Source of the DNA: Ruminococcus intestinalis
Lineage (GTDB): Bacteria; Bacillota; Negativicutes; Acidaminococcales; Acidaminococcaceae
NCBI GenBank assembly: GCA_963657675.1
Contig: CAVKMV010000003.1
Location: 1,059 to 65,058 of the forward strand
Direction: 5' to 3'
Length of the DNA: 64,000 bases
Shown: positions 60,732 to 64,000 of the stretch, piece after piece
Layout: the number at the start of each line of letters is the position of its first letter
Numbering within the stretch: position 1 is the stretch's first letter
Notes under the pieces: generated by a model
The model's input: the letters and a program-made list of their open reading frames with translations, nothing else
Databases searched by the model: none
What the model was told of the DNA's origin: nothing
Translations under genes and position numbers: made by a program

Positions 60732-61805
60732 TCACATTGGCGGAGGTCCCATTCTGTTGGAGCTGGACTGCTTGCTTACTGCCTTTTTCACCAGCAGCTT
60801 GTCGCCAACCTCCAGGCCGCTGGCGGTAACAGCTACATCGCTGTCGCTTGTCAGGCCCAGGGTAACGTCAACCTCCCTGCTCTCCTTGGTCTTTTCATTA
60901 TATACCTTCACGTAACGGCGTTTACCTTCGCTATAAATGCAGTTGAGCGGTACGATCGTCACATCATCTGCTTCGTCAATAATAATTTCGGTCCTGGCCG
61001 TCATCGTCGGCAGCAGCTTGCCCTTAGCATCATCAACGGTTACATAAACCTTATAATAGATGACATTGTTTTCCGTTGTCGCACTGCGGGAAATCAGGCG
61101 TACCTTACCGGTAAAGGTTTCGTCAGAATATGCGTCCACGGTGAATTTAACCCTTTGGCCTTCCTTTACCTGACCAATATCCGATTCATCCACCAATGCT
61201 TCAATTTCCATGTTATCCAGTGTTGCCACCGACATGATAACCTGAGGCGTACTGATACCGGAGCTGATGGTCTGACCTACGGGAGTAGGCTTACCGATAA
61301 TATAACCCGAAATAGGCGTTTTGATAATGGTATCGCTTACATCAGAGGCAGCCTTTTCGTAGTTGCTTTTAGCAACCAGGTAATCGGCCTCGGCTGCGTC
61401 AAAGGTAGACTGGCTGATAGCGCCGGTGTTAAGCAAATTAACATAACGGTTATAGGTGGCCTGCGCATTATTCAGCTTGGCCTCCATCTGCGCCAGGGTT
61501 GCCTTCAGGGAGGTGTCATCCAGACGCACCAGCACGTCACCGGCATTAACATGCTGGTTTTCCTTAACCAGCACCTCCACGATACGACCTGTAATCTTGG
61601 AGCTGATATCTACGTTATCCTGTGCGCTCAGGGCACCGGTTGCAGATACGGTTTCAGTAATAGTTCCCTTTTTAACCTCACCCATTTTGACGTCAGTAGC
61701 AACCACCTGCGTGCTTTGGTAATATCTGTAGCCCCCATAGCCACCAGCAAGCACAATTGCCGCAGCAATGAGGATGTACTTATTCTTTTTCACAAAATTC
61801 ATCAT
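60732..61805 (-). CDS. MacA-like periplasmic adaptor (membrane fusion protein)
   Basis: N-terminal TM, lipoyl half-motifs (GRI..V.V.E...V..GD.L), IKTPISG, VDESDIG. Confidence 0.9.
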   Translation of the reverse strand: MMNFVKKNKYILIAAAIVLAGGYGGYRYYQSTQVVATDVKMGEVKKGTITETVSATGALSAQDNVDISSKITGRIVEVLVKENQHVNAGDVLVRLDDTSLKATLAQMEAKLNNAQATYNRYVNLLNTGAISQSTFDAAEADYLVAKSNYEKAASDVSDTIIKTPISGYIIGKPTPVGQTISSGISTPQVIMSVATLDNMEIEALVDESDIGQVKEGQRVKFTVDAYSDETFTGKVRLISRSATTENNVIYYKVYVTVDDAKGKLLPTMTARTEIIIDEADDVTIVPLNCIYSEGKRRYVKVYNEKTKESREVDVTLGLTSDSDVAVTASGLEVGDKLLVKKAVSKQSSSNRMGPPPM

Positions 61806-62007
61806 CTTTACATCCCTCGTTCACTAGTTTTTCTATATATTATACTCCCTGAGCTTTTCAGGGTCAAAGCAAGTGTAACAAAAAGTTATGTCTTTTTTAT
61901 GACACAAGCAAAATCCGTGCAAACAAAAACCCCCACCAGCTTGTGGCAGGGGTTAATTGTCATATCAGCAGTCGGCAAGACTCTGCGCCCTGCCAGCTCC
62001 CGGCTAA

Positions 62008-63282
62008 TTATTTACCAGGGAAGAACGGCCATACGATAGGAATTACAACCAGGGATACTACGAAGCAAACCAGCACTAAGCCACAGCCTGCTTTTACATA
62101 GTCCATGAATTTGTAACCGCCAGGGCCAAGCACCAGGGTGTTAGGAGGAGTACCTACCGGAGTTGCGAAAGCGCAGGATGCTGCAACAGCGATAGCCATC
62201 AATACTGCCTTCGGGTCAGCGCCCAGGTTCTTGGAGATTGCAATACCGATCGGGCACAGCAGAGCTGCAGACGCGGTGTTGCTCATGAACTGGGTCAGGC
62301 CGCAGGACAGGATGAACAGTACGCCGGTAACAACCAGAGGAGACGGAGAACCACCCATCAGGGAGACGGTCCATTCAGCGATGAGCTTGCCGGCGCCGGT
62401 CTTATCCATTGCGGAGGATACAGGCATCATACCTGCGAACAGGAAGATGGTTACCCAGTCGATGGATGCATAGGCCTGCTTTTCAGTCAGGCAGCCAGTC
62501 AGTACGCACAGCAGGGCGCCGATGATAGCTGCCATTTCCAGGGTTACACCCTTAATACCCAGAGCCATTACAACAACAACGCCAAGCAGGATAATACCGG
62601 AAATAATTTGTTTGTTTTTAGAGGTTTCGTTAGCTTCAACCTCCTGCTCAATTTCCTGGTCAGCGTCCAATTGTTTTGCAGGCAGCAGATACTTGCCGAC
62701 AAACATCATGTACAGCATACCAGCCAGGGAAATCGGCAGACCGATCCAGGCGAATTCAAAGAAACCAAAGGGCTCGACACCGGCAGCGGTCATAGCGCCA
62801 ACAGCGATAATGTTAGGCGGAGTACCAACCATGGTGATGATACCGCCCCAACCGCAGGCAAATGCCAAAGGCATTAACTGACGGGAAGCGGGGATTTTAG
62901 CTGCAGAGCAGATGCCCAGTGCTACGGGCAGCAGGCAGGCAGCAGTACCGGTATTGGACAAAACAGCGGACATTACAGTACCAACGAGCATCAGGCCGAA
63001 CATCAGGCTGTTTTCGCCTGTGCCGCACATTTTTACTACGGTGTTACCAATAGCCTGTGCCAGGCCGGTGTAGAACATGGAAGCGCCAACTACGAACATA
63101 CCTGCAAAAAGTACAACGGTGGAATTAGACAGACCGCTGAATACCTGCTTAGCAGGAATGAGACCCAAAAGGCCGCTTGCGATTGCAGCGCCGGTTGCAG
63201 TAACTGCCAGAGGGATAAGTTCGGTTACGAATAACAACGCAACTACTGCCAACAGAATGAGACATTTGATTGCTGGGGACAT
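62008..63282 (-). CDS. SLC13/DASS permease (paralogue 2)
   Basis: SNT and GTPPN motifs; start MSPAIK after AAGGAGG; closely similar to 8781..10058. Confidence 0.92.
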   Translation of the reverse strand: MSPAIKCLILLAVVALLFVTELIPLAVTATGAAIASGLLGLIPAKQVFSGLSNSTVVLFAGMFVVGASMFYTGLAQAIGNTVVKMCGTGENSLMFGLMLVGTVMSAVLSNTGTAACLLPVALGICSAAKIPASRQLMPLAFACGWGGIITMVGTPPNIIAVGAMTAAGVEPFGFFEFAWIGLPISLAGMLYMMFVGKYLLPAKQLDADQEIEQEVEANETSKNKQIISGIILLGVVVVMALGIKGVTLEMAAIIGALLCVLTGCLTEKQAYASIDWVTIFLFAGMMPVSSAMDKTGAGKLIAEWTVSLMGGSPSPLVVTGVLFILSCGLTQFMSNTASAALLCPIGIAISKNLGADPKAVLMAIAVAASCAFATPVGTPPNTLVLGPGGYKFMDYVKAGCGLVLVCFVVSLVVIPIVWPFFPGK

Positions 63283-63687
63283 TGTTTTCCTCCTTAAAAT
63301 AAAAATATTATGTTGTCTGTGCAGCACTATCTGCACACCGTGTCTTTAATTAAGCAAGCTAATAAGTTGACTGTGAACAAATATAGATAAATCTATAAAA
63401 GCCACATTTTTTAGGCTTGCAGAAAATTTTATCTAGTAATTTTCGTTCCCCACATAGCCAATTTAAGGACAGATTTTCACTTACTTTATTTACTTAATTA
63501 TTGACAGTGTTAAGTCTAACACACTTTTGACAAATGTGCAACCATTTTTCGCTTACTTTATTAAATACGTTACACTATGAAACGCCAAACCCCTTGTGTA
63601 TATTTATACATATGTCTGAAAATTTATCATTTTTATGCTTTTCTGTCTGTATCTGTCAAAAATATGAATAACAGCTCATGTTTTTAG

Positions 63688-63725
63688 CAATAAAAAATCC
63701 CCGCCACGCTGTGACGGGGATTTGC
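63688..63725 (-). terminator. Terminator of SLC13 paralogue 3
   Basis: AAATCCCCG.CAC / GTG.CGGGGATTT stem with a U-tract on the minus strand. Confidence 0.7.
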
Positions 63726-63754
63726 TTGCCATATAAGACTACTTCACACCAGTA

Positions 63755-64000
63755 TTATTTGCCAGGGAAGAACGGCCATACAATAGGAATTACAACCAGG
63801 GATACTACAAAAGCTACCAGAACGAGACCGGTACCAGCTTTTACATAGTCCATAAATTTGTAGCCGCCAGGGCCAAGCACCAAGGTGTTCGGAGGAGTAC
63901 CTACCGGAGTTGCAAAAGCGCAGGACGCTGCAACAGCGATAGCCATCAGAACTGCCTTAGGGTCAGCACCCAATTGCTTGGAGATTGCAATACCGATCGG
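63755..64000 (-). CDS. SLC13/DASS permease (paralogue 3; 5' part outside the window)
   Basis: C-terminus nearly identical to 62008..63282. Confidence 0.9.
   Translation of the reverse strand, partial: PIGIAISKQLGADPKAVLMAIAVAASCAFATPVGTPPNTLVLGPGGYKFMDYVKAGTGLVLVAFVVSLVVIPIVWPFFPGK

Overview
This is a 64-kb chromosomal window, most likely from a Negativicute. Firmicute-type genes sit beside a TonB-dependent receptor and ExbBD-TonB, and several SLC13/DASS paralogues suggest a Phascolarctobacterium-like succinate user (inference). Most genes are on the minus strand. Housekeeping blocks are proBA, obgE, tig-clpP-clpX-lon-engB, tRNA-Gly(GCC), cysE and nadD-yqeK-LCP-rsfS-cvfB. Amino-acid uptake and catabolism genes include dapA-like-metNIQ-M20 and M20-DUF3100-partner. 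A metal-homeostasis region holds feoAAB with DtxR-like boxes, a P1B ATPase with a 7x His/Cys repeat and an SmtB/ArsR box, a cobalamin-riboswitch-controlled Ni/peptide ABC transporter, and a TonB receptor with Fur-like boxes. Also present are a ZTP-riboswitch-controlled OFA-family MFS, a Fic gene flanked by unusual repeats, and a MacAB-type efflux operon. The most novel-looking area is about 10.0-12.5 kb around a LysR gene. It contains a complete transcription unit for two paralogous 18-19 aa peptides missed by the ORF track, three related microproteins upstream of an SLC13 transporter, three promoters with identical motif-to-(-10) geometry, and a terminator hairpin exposing an anti-SD loop. 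No CRISPR, prophage or transposase was found; one 104-bp MITE-like element supplies the obgE stop codon.
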